Translations under genes and position numbers: made by a program
Assembly (NCBI GenBank): GCA_964014485.1
Contig: CAXHAT010000070.1
Location: 1 to 36,249 of the forward strand
Direction: 5' to 3'
Source: an uncultured Deferribacteres bacterium
GTDB lineage: Bacteria; Zhuqueibacterota; Zhuqueibacteria; Zhuqueibacterales; Geothermadaptataceae
DNA: 36,249 nt
Shown: one piece after another, positions 18,703-28,895 of the stretch
Position numbering within the stretch: the first letter of the stretch is position 1
How the letters are laid out: the number at the start of each line of letters is the position of its first letter
Notes under the pieces: model-generated
Database searches by the model: none
Told to the model about the DNA's origin: nothing
The model's input: the letters and a program-made list of their open reading frames with translations, nothing else

Positions 18703-18738
18703 ATATGCAACTATAAAAAGCGCCAATCCAACATGCAA
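18703..18738 (-). promoter_or_regulatory. Putative sigma70 promoter for a leaderless PIN-antitoxin mRNA
   Basis: TTGCAT (18738-18733)-N17-TATAGT (18715-18710)-N7-ATG; TTGCAT recurs at 18710-18705. Confidence 0.55.
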
Positions 18739-19692
18739 GGTCAAAAATTAATAATTCCGAAAATTAACGATATTCGCGCGGCGCAAAAATGCATTGCCGG
18801 ATCAGTCTTGCGCACGCCGCTGATTCGGCTCAACGCTGAAAACGCTCCGGCTGAGATTTACTTAAAGCTTGAGAATTTACAGCCCATCGGTTCTTTCAAG
18901 CTGCGCGGAGCTGGAAATGCGATGCGGACGGCCGCTCCTGAAAAATTGCGCAACGGCGTTTATACGGCCAGCGCCGGAAATATGGCGCAAGGCGTGGCGT
19001 GGAACGCCCGGGAACTCGGAATTCCGTGCGACGTGATCGTTCCCGATCATGCGCCGCAAACCAAGTTGGCGGCGATTGAACGGCTCGGCGGGCGCATCAC
19101 CAAAGTTCCGTTTAATGAATGGTGGGACGTGATTATTGCGCACGAATTTCCCGGAATGGACGGGCTTTTTATTCATCCGGTCAGCAATCCGGCGGTAATC
19201 GCGGGCAACGGCACGATAGGCTTGGAAATTCTGGAAGATTTGCCGGATGTTGACGCCGTTGTGGTTCCTTTTGGCGGCGGCGGATTGAGTTGCGGCATTG
19301 CCTCGGCCATCCGAGTGATAAAGCCGGAAACAAGAATCTATGCTTGTGAAGTGGAAACTGCAGCTCCGCTCAAAGCTTCATTGCAAGCAGGGTCGCCCCA
19401 ATCCGTCGAGTATACGCCCAGCTTTGTCGACGGCATTGGCAGTCGGAGCATTCTTGAGGAAATGTGGCCGCTGGCTGAAGAATTGATTGATGATTCGCTC
19501 GTTGTTTCGCTTCAGCAGGTTGCGGAAGCGCTTGGTTTTCTGGTTGAGCGGAATCGCGTGATCGCTGAAGGCGCCGGAGCCGCTTCAGTCGCCGCCGCTC
19601 TTTCGGGGCAAGCGGGCGGGGGAAAGGTTGTGTGCGTCGTGTCGGGCGGAAATATTGATTTTAACAAATTGTCGCAGGTTATTCTACGATAG
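18733..19692 (+). CDS. PLP-dependent threonine/serine dehydratase-family protein without regulatory domain
   Basis: KLENLQPIGSFKLRGA (PLP Lys), ASAGN, GGGGL, EGAGA, VVSGGN. Confidence 0.9.
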   Translation: MQGQKLIIPKINDIRAAQKCIAGSVLRTPLIRLNAENAPAEIYLKLENLQPIGSFKLRGAGNAMRTAAPEKLRNGVYTASAGNMAQGVAWNARELGIPCDVIVPDHAPQTKLAAIERLGGRITKVPFNEWWDVIIAHEFPGMDGLFIHPVSNPAVIAGNGTIGLEILEDLPDVDAVVVPFGGGGLSCGIASAIRVIKPETRIYACEVETAAPLKASLQAGSPQSVEYTPSFVDGIGSRSILEEMWPLAEELIDDSLVVSLQQVAEALGFLVERNRVIAEGAGAASVAAALSGQAGGGKVVCVVSGGNIDFNKLSQVILR

Positions 19693-19709
19693 GAAATTCT
19701 GAAGGAGGA

Positions 19710-20831
19710 ATGATCATGTCGTCTCAACTAACACGCCGCCAATGGCTGTCGCGAAGCGGGTCGGCGCTTGGCGGAATTCTGTTGGCTTCAAACGGTCTCT
19801 CAATGACAGGGAGCGGCTCGCGATCGAGCTTTCCGTCGGGATCGCCGGTGCGCATGATGTTCAATGAAAATCCGTACGGCCCGTCACCTGCGGCGCGCAA
19901 AGCGATGACGGAAGCGTTTAATGAAGGAAATCTCTATTCGGGCGCAGCTCGGAGAGAACTGCGCGAACTCATCGCCAGACAGGAAAATGTAACGCCGGAT
20001 CATATCATCATCGGCGCGGGGTCGCGGGAGATTTTGAACGTCGCCGGGCTTCTGTGCGGGCTGGAAAACGGAGCGCTGGTTTCACCGTTCCCGACTTTTG
20101 AAGCGATCAACAGCTATGCGAAAAATCTGGGTGCAACGGTGCATCGTGCGCCGCTGGATGATGAGATGGGCGTTGATTTGGCAAAGATGGCGTCGATGAT
20201 CACAAATGACACGAAACTCGTTTATCTTTGCAATCCAAACAACCCGACCGGCAAAACCATCCCCGACGCGCAAATGCGACCGTTTTGCGAAGAGATTTCC
20301 AAAGACCGCCTGGTTTTTGTGGATGAAGCTTACAACGAATACGTCGACGATCTGCAATATAAATCTTCGGTTGAGCTGGTTCGCGAAGGACGCAACATCA
20401 TCGTTTCGCGCACGGCGTCAAAGATTCACGGATTGGCGGGGCTGCGCGTCGGATTTGGAATTGCACAGCCAGACTTGATCCGGCGCTTACAACAGATTTC
20501 CACCGGCACGACCAACATCGTTGGTTTACGAGCGGCCATCGCGAGCTACCGCGACCGCGAGTTTCAGCAATTCTGTCTGCAAAAAAACAAGGCGTCGAAA
20601 GAGATCGTCTACAAGCTCTTGCAAGAAACCGGTCGGCGGTATCTGGATTCACAAACGAACTTTATATTTTTGCATACCGGGCGGCCTATCGAAAAATTTC
20701 AGCAGACGATGGAGAAACGCGGATTTTTGGTTGGACGACCTTTTCCGCCGTACAAGAACTGGTGCCGGTTGAGCCTGGCCAAGCCGGAAGAAACGGCGAG
20801 CTTCGCCAAAGTGTTTCGAGACGTCATCTAA
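19710..20831 (+). CDS. HisC-like class I/II aminotransferase with twin-arginine signal peptide
   Basis: GAGG RBS; LTRRQWLS; NENPYG, CNPNNPTG, VDEAY, SRTASKIHGLAGLRVG. Confidence 0.88.
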   Translation: MIMSSQLTRRQWLSRSGSALGGILLASNGLSMTGSGSRSSFPSGSPVRMMFNENPYGPSPAARKAMTEAFNEGNLYSGAARRELRELIARQENVTPDHIIIGAGSREILNVAGLLCGLENGALVSPFPTFEAINSYAKNLGATVHRAPLDDEMGVDLAKMASMITNDTKLVYLCNPNNPTGKTIPDAQMRPFCEEISKDRLVFVDEAYNEYVDDLQYKSSVELVREGRNIIVSRTASKIHGLAGLRVGFGIAQPDLIRRLQQISTGTTNIVGLRAAIASYRDREFQQFCLQKNKASKEIVYKLLQETGRRYLDSQTNFIFLHTGRPIEKFQQTMEKRGFLVGRPFPPYKNWCRLSLAKPEETASFAKVFRDVI

Positions 20832-20886
20832 AAGGTTGTTTTGATTGTTTGTCGGTAACGTGAATTGCAACGCAAGCTTCAGTGAA

Positions 20887-22035
20887 ATGAAAAAACACAC
20901 AAGCCTTCTCATCGTCGGCGCGGGCCCGTTCGGATTGGCGATGGCCGCATACGCTAAATCTCGAAAAATTGACCATGTCGTTGTTGGGCGGCCAATGGCG
21001 TTCTGGACAAAGAATATGCCGGAAGGCATGCTCCTGAGATCAGCTTGCAATTGGCATTTGGACACAGATGAAATTCACACGATCAAGAGATATTTACAGA
21101 CGCTGAATCTGACTCCCGCCGACGTGAGGCCGCTTTCGCTGGGATTTTATTTAGGGTACGTAAAATGGTTTCAAGAGCAGAAGAACATCGAGGTGACGCC
21201 TGCGGTTGTTGAACGCCTTGATCATGAAAAAGGCGAACGGGCGTTGTTTAAAGCAACGTTGAGCAACGGCGAGCAAATGACCGCAGACAGAGTTTTGCTA
21301 GCAGTTGGATTTCAATATTTCAAGAGTATCCCCCAGGAAATTAGCGACGTCGTTCCGCGAGGCCGTTTTACTCACACTTGTGATTTCGTTGATCTCAGTC
21401 ATTCGAAAGATAAGCGCTTTTTGATTATCGGCGGGAGACAGAGCGCTTTTGAATGGGCGGCTCTGCTGTGTGAGAACGGCGCAAGGACGGTGCATGTCTC
21501 GCATCGCCACGAAACGCCGGATTTCACAAAGTCTGACTGGTCTTGGGTGCCGTCGATTGTGAACAACATGGTGGAGAATCCTGGCTGGTTTCGTCAGTTG
21601 AGCGTTCAGGAAAAAGAAGAAGCGACTCATCGCTTGTGGGCGGAGGGCCGGTTAAGGCTTGAGCCCTGGCTTTGGCTCCGAGTCAACAACGATCGCGTTA
21701 AAATCTGGCCAAAATCGAATGTCGCCAAATGCAGCCCTTTGCCGACGGGAGAACTGAAAATTGAACTCGACTCCGGAGACGCCCTCGTTGTCGACCATGT
21801 TGTTCTCGCGACCGGCTACAAAGTTGAAATGAAAAATATTCCGTTTCTCGCCGCGGGCAATGTTTTGCCTGAATTGGCCATGGAAAACGGATTCCCAAAA
21901 CTTGACGAGCACATGCAAACCAATATTCCCGGATTGTTTTCAACGAGCTTGTCAGCGACCCAGGATTTTGGTCCATATTTCGGCTTCACCGTTAGCGTCG
22001 TCGCGGCGACTAAAATTGTTGGCAATGCGTTATGA
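20887..22035 (+). CDS. FAD/NAD(P)-binding oxidoreductase (flavin monooxygenase-like)
   Basis: IVGAGPFG FAD motif, IIGGRQSA second dinucleotide motif, ATGY; ATG 20887. Confidence 0.82.
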   Translation: MKKHTSLLIVGAGPFGLAMAAYAKSRKIDHVVVGRPMAFWTKNMPEGMLLRSACNWHLDTDEIHTIKRYLQTLNLTPADVRPLSLGFYLGYVKWFQEQKNIEVTPAVVERLDHEKGERALFKATLSNGEQMTADRVLLAVGFQYFKSIPQEISDVVPRGRFTHTCDFVDLSHSKDKRFLIIGGRQSAFEWAALLCENGARTVHVSHRHETPDFTKSDWSWVPSIVNNMVENPGWFRQLSVQEKEEATHRLWAEGRLRLEPWLWLRVNNDRVKIWPKSNVAKCSPLPTGELKIELDSGDALVVDHVVLATGYKVEMKNIPFLAAGNVLPELAMENGFPKLDEHMQTNIPGLFSTSLSATQDFGPYFGFTVSVVAATKIVGNAL

Positions 22036-23645
22036 AAATCATCTTTTTCGTTCTTGTTGCAGCACTTTCCTCGAATTCATCGTCCCGGGCTTTCGGCGCA
22101 GAATCCAAGCCGCTGGGAAACTTTGGGTCGCGCGCTCACGCCGATTCCTTGATCAGCGAGTTGGAGTACATGGCTGCTTTGGAGACCGCCGATGATTCGA
22201 CCTTTCGTGCTGATTTCGAGCCCTACTTTTTGCTGATTTTGTCTCAGGATCAGAAAGAGCTTTATGAACGGCAAGATTCGCTTGATGAGCGGAAAGCTTT
22301 TATCGTGCATTATTGGAACGCCTCCAACCCCAATCCGCTGGCTGAGGAGAATGACTGGCTCCTGGATTTTATCAAGCGAACATACTACGCCTTAAAACAC
22401 TTTCCCCAGCGCAAGCCGCCGTTTATCGATGATCGCGGTGAAATTTACATCAGGTACGGCAAGCCTAAATTTAGTTTTGAAGAGCCGGGTTTTCTTGCTC
22501 CCAAGTTTCAATATCCCTATCACGCCAACGAGAGTTGGTCTTACGACAATATTACCGAAAATTTTATCATACACTTCGTCAAAAAGGGGCAATCTTATCG
22601 CCGTGTAGAGAACATTGCCGAAGCATTTGAGAAGGGCGGCGTCGCGCCGATCCACAGTTTTCCATTTTGGTTAACGCTGATGTACCCTCGCCGCCATCTT
22701 TCACACGATTTGAATGTCACCATCAACAATTTGCGTCGAGGCGATGGCGGCGCTCAGCCCTATATCAAAATGGAGGTCATTGAGCGCGATATTAAAGAAG
22801 CGAATCAGCGTGCGCCGCTTATCGCTTACGATCCGCAGAGAATCAAAAATAAGCTCAAATTTGTTCATCGTATTTCACAATTTCGCGGCCCAAACGGCAA
22901 AACGCGCATCGACGTTGCGGTCTTGACGAAGTTGAAAAAGAATCTGCTCAAAAACGTCAGGGCTTCTTCGCCGGATACCGTCATTGTTGAAACGGAAGGC
23001 ATGCTTCGCGATGCGAATTTCAATGAAATCCTGCAGAACGACAATGAAAAAATTCTGCCCGTCTCCACAACAGCGCGCGCCGGTCTGCCAAACTTTGTTT
23101 CAAAAATATCCTTGCTCGCGTTTTCCCAACCTGCCGAACTGACCCTGCAAGTTTCAGAAGACCGCAGAGACAGAATCGGCTATTTTCGGCAAGCGTTGGA
23201 CGTACGCGATTTTTCCGGCGATTCGTTGATGTTGAGTGATCTCAGACTCGATTTTCTGGTTGAAAAAGCAAAACACCGCCCGGTGCTCTCTCCAGTGCAG
23301 CTTGAGGGCATGACGACCAGCCCGTATCCTTTTGATGAAATCAGGAGAGGGCGCTCACCGATGCTTTATTTTGAGATTTATAACACGAGTAAGGCGGGCG
23401 AAGAGCTTGCTATTTCATGCACGATCATTCCTGTGAAAGTGGAAGGAGGCGAAGTGATAAAAGGCGATGCATCCGTCAATATTCGTTATGAGCGCCCGGT
23501 TGAAGGTGACGTCATGCACGAATTGATTGAGCTCAATTTGGGCGGAGTGGCCAAAGGACGGCACTTACTGGAAGTCATGGTCTCATCCAGACAAGATGCG
23601 CAAATTGTCGCTTCAGCAAAGAAGGTTTTGGAAATCGGAAAATGA
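22032..23645 (+). CDS. GWxTD-domain protein (divergent motif), secreted
   Basis: Signal-like N-terminus; FIVHYW...NPNP...EN, DDRGEIYIRYGKP, ESWSY; C-terminal LSDL...PYP...YFEIYN; ATGA overlap with upstream gene. Confidence 0.78.
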   Translation: MKIIFFVLVAALSSNSSSRAFGAESKPLGNFGSRAHADSLISELEYMAALETADDSTFRADFEPYFLLILSQDQKELYERQDSLDERKAFIVHYWNASNPNPLAEENDWLLDFIKRTYYALKHFPQRKPPFIDDRGEIYIRYGKPKFSFEEPGFLAPKFQYPYHANESWSYDNITENFIIHFVKKGQSYRRVENIAEAFEKGGVAPIHSFPFWLTLMYPRRHLSHDLNVTINNLRRGDGGAQPYIKMEVIERDIKEANQRAPLIAYDPQRIKNKLKFVHRISQFRGPNGKTRIDVAVLTKLKKNLLKNVRASSPDTVIVETEGMLRDANFNEILQNDNEKILPVSTTARAGLPNFVSKISLLAFSQPAELTLQVSEDRRDRIGYFRQALDVRDFSGDSLMLSDLRLDFLVEKAKHRPVLSPVQLEGMTTSPYPFDEIRRGRSPMLYFEIYNTSKAGEELAISCTIIPVKVEGGEVIKGDASVNIRYERPVEGDVMHELIELNLGGVAKGRHLLEVMVSSRQDAQIVASAKKVLEIGK

Positions 23646-23742
23646 AGCGCGGCGCTAATGAGACGAGGATTGCCCCAAGACTCAGAATGAGCGTTGCCGC
23701 GCGTTACATCAGTTAATCAAGAGATAGAGACGAAAGGTTTTC

Positions 23743-26700
23743 ATGAGTATTGAAGTTTTGCACGGAACTTGGATCCCGTACGCCGCGAACGATTTTCGCC
23801 AGGAGGGTTCATTCTGTTTATGGGTGGAAACGAATGCGAAAGGCCGCAGACAAGATTCTCATTCGGCCAGCCTGCAAGGCAAGGCGCTGGCCGAATGTCT
23901 GAAATCCAGGCTGGGGTTTAAAGAACATTTTTCAGACAACTTGCATCGGAGGTTGGTGGAGCGATATTTCGTCCTGCCCACATATGTGGTGCGCGGAGTC
24001 CGCAGGCCGGTGAAGTCATACGATCTGCTGAAATATCTTGGCGAAACGCCGTCGGAAGACAGTTCCCTCGATTCATGGAAAATCGCCTGCTACCCTGTTT
24101 CGAACACTGAAATCATTAAAACGCTGAAGGATTTGTATTTTCTACTCGAACTGCATGAATCGGACGTCATCCTCGGTACGGATTTACTGTTCTGGCTGCA
24201 TTACACGCAGTCGTTCAAAGAAGTGCTTCTCAAAGATCAGTACATCCCGGCGCTGAAATACCGCGAAAGGCCGTTCGCCATGAAATCGAAAAAAAATCAT
24301 CCTGTTCCATTCGATATTGTCCCGGCTTGGGAAATCCTGTCCCCGAACTATGAGACGCTCGTCCGGAAGTACGCTAAATTGGCGCCCGCGATTTGCGTGG
24401 CCGGCGCCGAACAGCCGCGTGGGAGCAATCAAGCCTTTACGGCGGAGACGCTGCTAAGACACTTTTCGGAAAATGTCGTTCATAGCGTGGTCGTCAGCAC
24501 CCTGATGCCTAATGCGGTGGCCAAAAAATTTTCCGGAACGATTTTGAGTGAGTTGATCCCCTCGATTTACACTCTGACTTCATCTGGAACACATGCGGCG
24601 ACCGATGGAAACGCGTTGAAATTGTACAAGAATTGGCTGTTCTGGCGTGAAAAATTGCTGGCCGGACAAGTTGATTCAGCGTTCCATTTCGGTTTTCAAT
24701 TGCAGGAGGCGCAAAGCGCAGACGATGATTGGACCTTACATTTTCTTATGCAGTCGAAGCGCGACCCGTCGCTAAAAATTATGTTAGACGAGTATTGGGC
24801 AGGGAGCGAAAATGAACGACGACGATATAAGAAAGCGTTCGGCGCGGATAGCGAAAAGCAAGTGCTTTTGAGCTTGGGGCAAGCTGCTCGTATGTATCCG
24901 AAAATCTGGGAAGGGCTCGAAACAGATAAACCATCGGCCGTCAATCTCGATCTCGACGAAGCGTTCGAGTTTTTAAAAGAAGCTTCCTGGGTTTTGGAAG
25001 ACGCCGGATTTAAAGTCATCATTCCCGCCTGGTGGACGCCCAAGGGGCGACGAAAGGCGAAAATCCGTATCCGCGGCGCAGGAAAAAGTGTGGACGGCGT
25101 GCCGGCGGCGGCAAGTAGTGGCGCCTTTGGTTACGAGTCAATCGTACAGTATCAATATGCGCTCTCCATCGGAGGCGAAGCCGTGAGCCAGGATGAATGG
25201 GAAGAATTGGTGCGCGCTAAAACGCCGCTGGTGCAATTTCGCGGCGAATGGATGGAACTGGATCGCGGCAAAATGCAGGAAATGCTTGAATTCTGGCAAA
25301 AGCATGGCGACGAGCAGCCGGAAATATCGCTGATCGATCTCATGAAGGTTGCGGCGGACGAAGACGCTTATGAATTCGACCACGATGACGCTCTCGCCGA
25401 GATGTTTGCCAAGCTGCGCGACAAATCCAGGTATGAGCCGCTTAACGAACCGCCGAAATTCAACGGCGAATTGCGTGAATACCAAAAACGCGGCCTTTCC
25501 TGGTTGCACTATCTCGAAACGTTGGGACTCGGCGGCTGCCTCGCCGACGATATGGGCTTGGGCAAAACCGTGCAGGTCATCGCACAACTTCTCAATGAGC
25601 GCGCATCGAAAAAATCTGTCTTGCCAACCCTGCTGATTGCGCCAACCTCCGTGCTCGGCAATTGGCAAAAAGAAATCGAGCGTTTTGCCCCAAGTTTGGT
25701 CAGCGTAATTCATCACGGCGGAGAGAGAAGCAAGGACGCCGCCGAGTTTGAAAAAAATATTGCGCAGGCCGACGTGGTCATCAGTTCGTATGCTTTGGCG
25801 CGGCGCGATGAGAAAATATTGTGCTCACGCGAATGGGAAAGAGTCGTTCTGGATGAAGCGCAGAACATCAAAAATCCGAAGGCGGCGCAAAGCAAGTCGA
25901 TTCTGAAATTCAAAGCGCAAAAACGGCTAGCGCTCACGGGGACGCCAGTGGAAAACCGTTTGATGGATTTGTGGTCGATCGTCAATTTTTTAAATCGAGG
26001 TTACCTCGGCACGGCGGCGGGCTTTCGCAAGGCTTTTGAAGTTCCCGTGCAGCGCGATAATGATTTGACCAAGGCCAAGATTCTCAAAAATCTGGTTGAA
26101 CCGCTTATCTTGCGACGTTTGAAAACCGATAAAGCGATCATCAAAGATTTGCCGGACAAGGTGGAGCAAAAGGTCTACTGCAACCTGACCAAAGAGCAGG
26201 CTTCGCTATATGAAGCGGTGGTAAAGGACGTGATGGAACAGGTGGAAGAATCGGAGGGCATTCAACGCCGGGGCGTCATCCTCGCCTCACTGATGAAGCT
26301 GAAGCAGATTTGTAATCATCCTGCTCAGTTTTTGCAAGACGGCAGCGAATTTTCCCGCGAACGCTCGCACAAACTCAGCCGCCTGCTCGAAATGATCGAA
26401 GAAGCGGTGGAAAGCGGGGAGAGCGTGTTGATTTTCAGCCAGTTCAAGGAGGTTTGTTCCGAACTGGACGAGCTGCTACGCAAATCGATGCATTACAGCA
26501 CCTACCTATTGCACGGCGGTACGAGCCGCAAAAAACGCCAGCAGATGATCGATGAATTTCAGGATCCCGCCACCGAACCGTCGGTTTTTATTCTGTCGCT
26601 GAAGGCGGGCGGCGTGGGCATTACGCTCACCAAGGCGAACCACGTTTTCCACTTCGATCGCTGGTGGAATCCGGCGGTTGAAAACCAGGCCACCGACCGT

Positions 26701-26907
26701 GCTTTCCGCATTGGGCAGGAGAAAAACGTCTTCGTGCATAAATACGTCGCGACCGGCACGCTGGAAGAGCGCATAGATCAATTAATCGAAGACAAAAAGA
26801 AATTCGCCGAAGCCGTCGTCGGCAGCGACGAATCCTGGTTGACCGAATTGGACAATGAGTCGATCAAGAAGTTGATTTCCTTGAGCAAGGACGCGGTGCT
26901 TGAGTGA
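23743..26907 (+). CDS. SNF2-family helicase/ATPase (YwqA/Rv2101-like)
   Basis: LADDMGLGKT, LDEAQNIKN, LTGTPVEN, SLKAGGVGITL, QATDRAFRIGQ; N-terminal IIPAWW...PLVQFRGEW region. Confidence 0.95.
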   Translation: MSIEVLHGTWIPYAANDFRQEGSFCLWVETNAKGRRQDSHSASLQGKALAECLKSRLGFKEHFSDNLHRRLVERYFVLPTYVVRGVRRPVKSYDLLKYLGETPSEDSSLDSWKIACYPVSNTEIIKTLKDLYFLLELHESDVILGTDLLFWLHYTQSFKEVLLKDQYIPALKYRERPFAMKSKKNHPVPFDIVPAWEILSPNYETLVRKYAKLAPAICVAGAEQPRGSNQAFTAETLLRHFSENVVHSVVVSTLMPNAVAKKFSGTILSELIPSIYTLTSSGTHAATDGNALKLYKNWLFWREKLLAGQVDSAFHFGFQLQEAQSADDDWTLHFLMQSKRDPSLKIMLDEYWAGSENERRRYKKAFGADSEKQVLLSLGQAARMYPKIWEGLETDKPSAVNLDLDEAFEFLKEASWVLEDAGFKVIIPAWWTPKGRRKAKIRIRGAGKSVDGVPAAASSGAFGYESIVQYQYALSIGGEAVSQDEWEELVRAKTPLVQFRGEWMELDRGKMQEMLEFWQKHGDEQPEISLIDLMKVAADEDAYEFDHDDALAEMFAKLRDKSRYEPLNEPPKFNGELREYQKRGLSWLHYLETLGLGGCLADDMGLGKTVQVIAQLLNERASKKSVLPTLLIAPTSVLGNWQKEIERFAPSLVSVIHHGGERSKDAAEFEKNIAQADVVISSYALARRDEKILCSREWERVVLDEAQNIKNPKAAQSKSILKFKAQKRLALTGTPVENRLMDLWSIVNFLNRGYLGTAAGFRKAFEVPVQRDNDLTKAKILKNLVEPLILRRLKTDKAIIKDLPDKVEQKVYCNLTKEQASLYEAVVKDVMEQVEESEGIQRRGVILASLMKLKQICNHPAQFLQDGSEFSRERSHKLSRLLEMIEEAVESGESVLIFSQFKEVCSELDELLRKSMHYSTYLLHGGTSRKKRQQMIDEFQDPATEPSVFILSLKAGGVGITLTKANHVFHFDRWWNPAVENQATDRAFRIGQEKNVFVHKYVATGTLEERIDQLIEDKKKFAEAVVGSDESWLTELDNESIKKLISLSKDAVLE

Positions 26908-27364
26908 CGGCTTGAGATTTACAAAAATCCCTTCGGAAAATTAGTCAGTGCAACTTATAGCCAAGGCGTTTACGCTCGGGAATTGAAACAACTTCCCCTG
27001 CAAGCGGGTTTACCCAATTAAGCCGTGCTGTGAGATTCCTTTAAAACGACGCTAAACAGCATTTTTCAGAGAACCGTCTTCTAACACAAATCCGGCGGTG
27101 CAAGGTCACAAGATGTTGGGGACAAATCTTGAACTCCAGCTTCATGTTGGGTTACAATTAACATGTTCTGGAAAGCCCAACTTCATTTTGGAGTCAGGTC
27201 GAAACCTGCTTCAAATAATCATATTTGCCTGGTGAAAAGCCCCCTCAAAACTCGATCTTGGTGAGATGAAACGCCCATTGGCGAAAGAAATTTCTATCTA
27301 ACGGGACAAATCGGCAAGAAATTCGCCTATAGAAATTGAAATCCAACAAAAAAACATAAATGCC

Positions 27365-28879
27365 ATGTCCCGCGAACAAGCTCTAAATCAGATTCTCAAC
27401 AACTTTGATCCTTCCTGTCTACCCATCGGCGTCTATGTGGTTACGCCAGATGGCCAGTTTTTGATCTGCAATGCAGCGGCGCGCCGTCTTCTGGGATTAC
27501 CGGCGGATGGCGACATAACCAAGAAAATCAGCGATTTCTACGCCGATCCGGCAGAGCGTGAAAATGTGCTGAAACGCGTTGCGGAAGCTGAAGCCAAAGG
27601 CTCCTATCTTGAAAACGAGGTCATCCATTTCAAGGTCGATGGTCATACCGCCTACATGCAGAACAACTGCCGAAGCCTGCGAAATCCTGAGACAAAAGAA
27701 ATTGTCGGGTATATGGGGTCTCTCGTCGATATCACGGCGGAGCACAAATACTCAACAATCAATAAGGCGCTGAACGAACGGATCACAGAACTTACGACGG
27801 ATATTGGCCGAATCCTTCATGCGAACACCACGACATTGATCATGGTGCAGCAAACGCTCGATATCGCTATTGATGCGCTCGGCGCCAATCCTTTTGGCGA
27901 TACCAGGCTGCCTTCGAGCGAGAAGATCGACGATGTGATCGGCCGGTTGGCCAAAGCGCTGGCCGCGGCTTTGGAGAAAATTTTAGATTTGCTCAAACAA
28001 GAATCAAGGAAAGAAGCGTTGCCTGCGGATTTGTGGGAGGAGCTGCAAGAGCAAACGCCTGTTCTGAGCGATTTTGTTGGGAGTATCCCTACGCCTGAAT
28101 CCCGGGCGAGTACACTCAGGATCATTGCGCATCGTGTCAAGGAAATCGCCATGCAAATTCAGCCGGGCAGGCTGCCAAAACAACTGACAAGAGAATTACT
28201 GAACTGCGCTTCGAGGCTCGAGCAAACAACAGCGCTGGTTGCGGCATTGACAACGCGCACCGCTGTCATCCAAATGGATTATACCATCCGTTCGCTGCGT
28301 GAATTCATCACCGTAGACGTCCGCATGAAGGAGAAACGACAAAAACTGCAAGTGACTCGATTGATTGAAACAGTCAGCAATCAATTGATGGATTTTGCCT
28401 ATAACAGCCATGTCAGAATCAGAATGAAAAATGAGGCTGGTTCGGCTGTTATTGTCGGCGCTGAAAGAGAACTGATTCGTGCATTGGCAAATCTGCTGCA
28501 CAATAGCGTTAAATATAGCTGGCGTCGCGATCGCTCTAGAAAACCCTGGGTTGATATTCGTATTTATCAGGAAAGACCCTATGTTTGCATTGTCTTTGAG
28601 AATTGGGGCGTGCCAATTGCTCGCGACGAATTGAAAGACGACACAATTTTTCAACTTGGCTATCGCGGCAAATGGTCTAAAGATCGTGGCCGCCTTGGGA
28701 CGGGAATCGGTCTGACAGATGCTATGGAAGTCGCAAAAAAGCATGGCGGCTATCTCAAAATCGACAGCCGGCCTGCCCGTTCTCACACCAGCCTTTCGCC
28801 TGAGAGTGAACAATATTTCAATCAACCGTTTCTGACCACTGTGAAAATGTTTTTGCCTGAAGCAGTGGAAGAGAAATGA
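27365..28879 (+). CDS. Cytoplasmic PAS-domain histidine kinase-like protein with atypical H and G1 boxes
   Basis: PAS ending in VDIT; candidate H-box LHANTTTL; N box NLLHNSVKYS; ENWGVPI at G1; IFQLGYRG; GTGIGL. Confidence 0.82.
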   Translation: MSREQALNQILNNFDPSCLPIGVYVVTPDGQFLICNAAARRLLGLPADGDITKKISDFYADPAERENVLKRVAEAEAKGSYLENEVIHFKVDGHTAYMQNNCRSLRNPETKEIVGYMGSLVDITAEHKYSTINKALNERITELTTDIGRILHANTTTLIMVQQTLDIAIDALGANPFGDTRLPSSEKIDDVIGRLAKALAAALEKILDLLKQESRKEALPADLWEELQEQTPVLSDFVGSIPTPESRASTLRIIAHRVKEIAMQIQPGRLPKQLTRELLNCASRLEQTTALVAALTTRTAVIQMDYTIRSLREFITVDVRMKEKRQKLQVTRLIETVSNQLMDFAYNSHVRIRMKNEAGSAVIVGAERELIRALANLLHNSVKYSWRRDRSRKPWVDIRIYQERPYVCIVFENWGVPIARDELKDDTIFQLGYRGKWSKDRGRLGTGIGLTDAMEVAKKHGGYLKIDSRPARSHTSLSPESEQYFNQPFLTTVKMFLPEAVEEK

Positions 28880-28895
28880 TAATGGAGGATCATAA

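Noticed and set aside
18703..18744. Longer PIN start at 18744
   Set aside because: It overlaps the divergent gene; PIN domains begin just before the VLDTN strand.
23743..26907. SNF2 as part of DISARM, Zorya or another named defence system
   Set aside because: No methylase, nuclease, ZorAB or other cognate genes; its features fit the SWIM-partnered family.
26955..27060. ATAGCCAAGGCGTTTACGCTCGGG and nearby weak hairpins as another REP remnant or a riboswitch
   Set aside because: Too degenerate; no mirror end and no recognisable riboswitch consensus.
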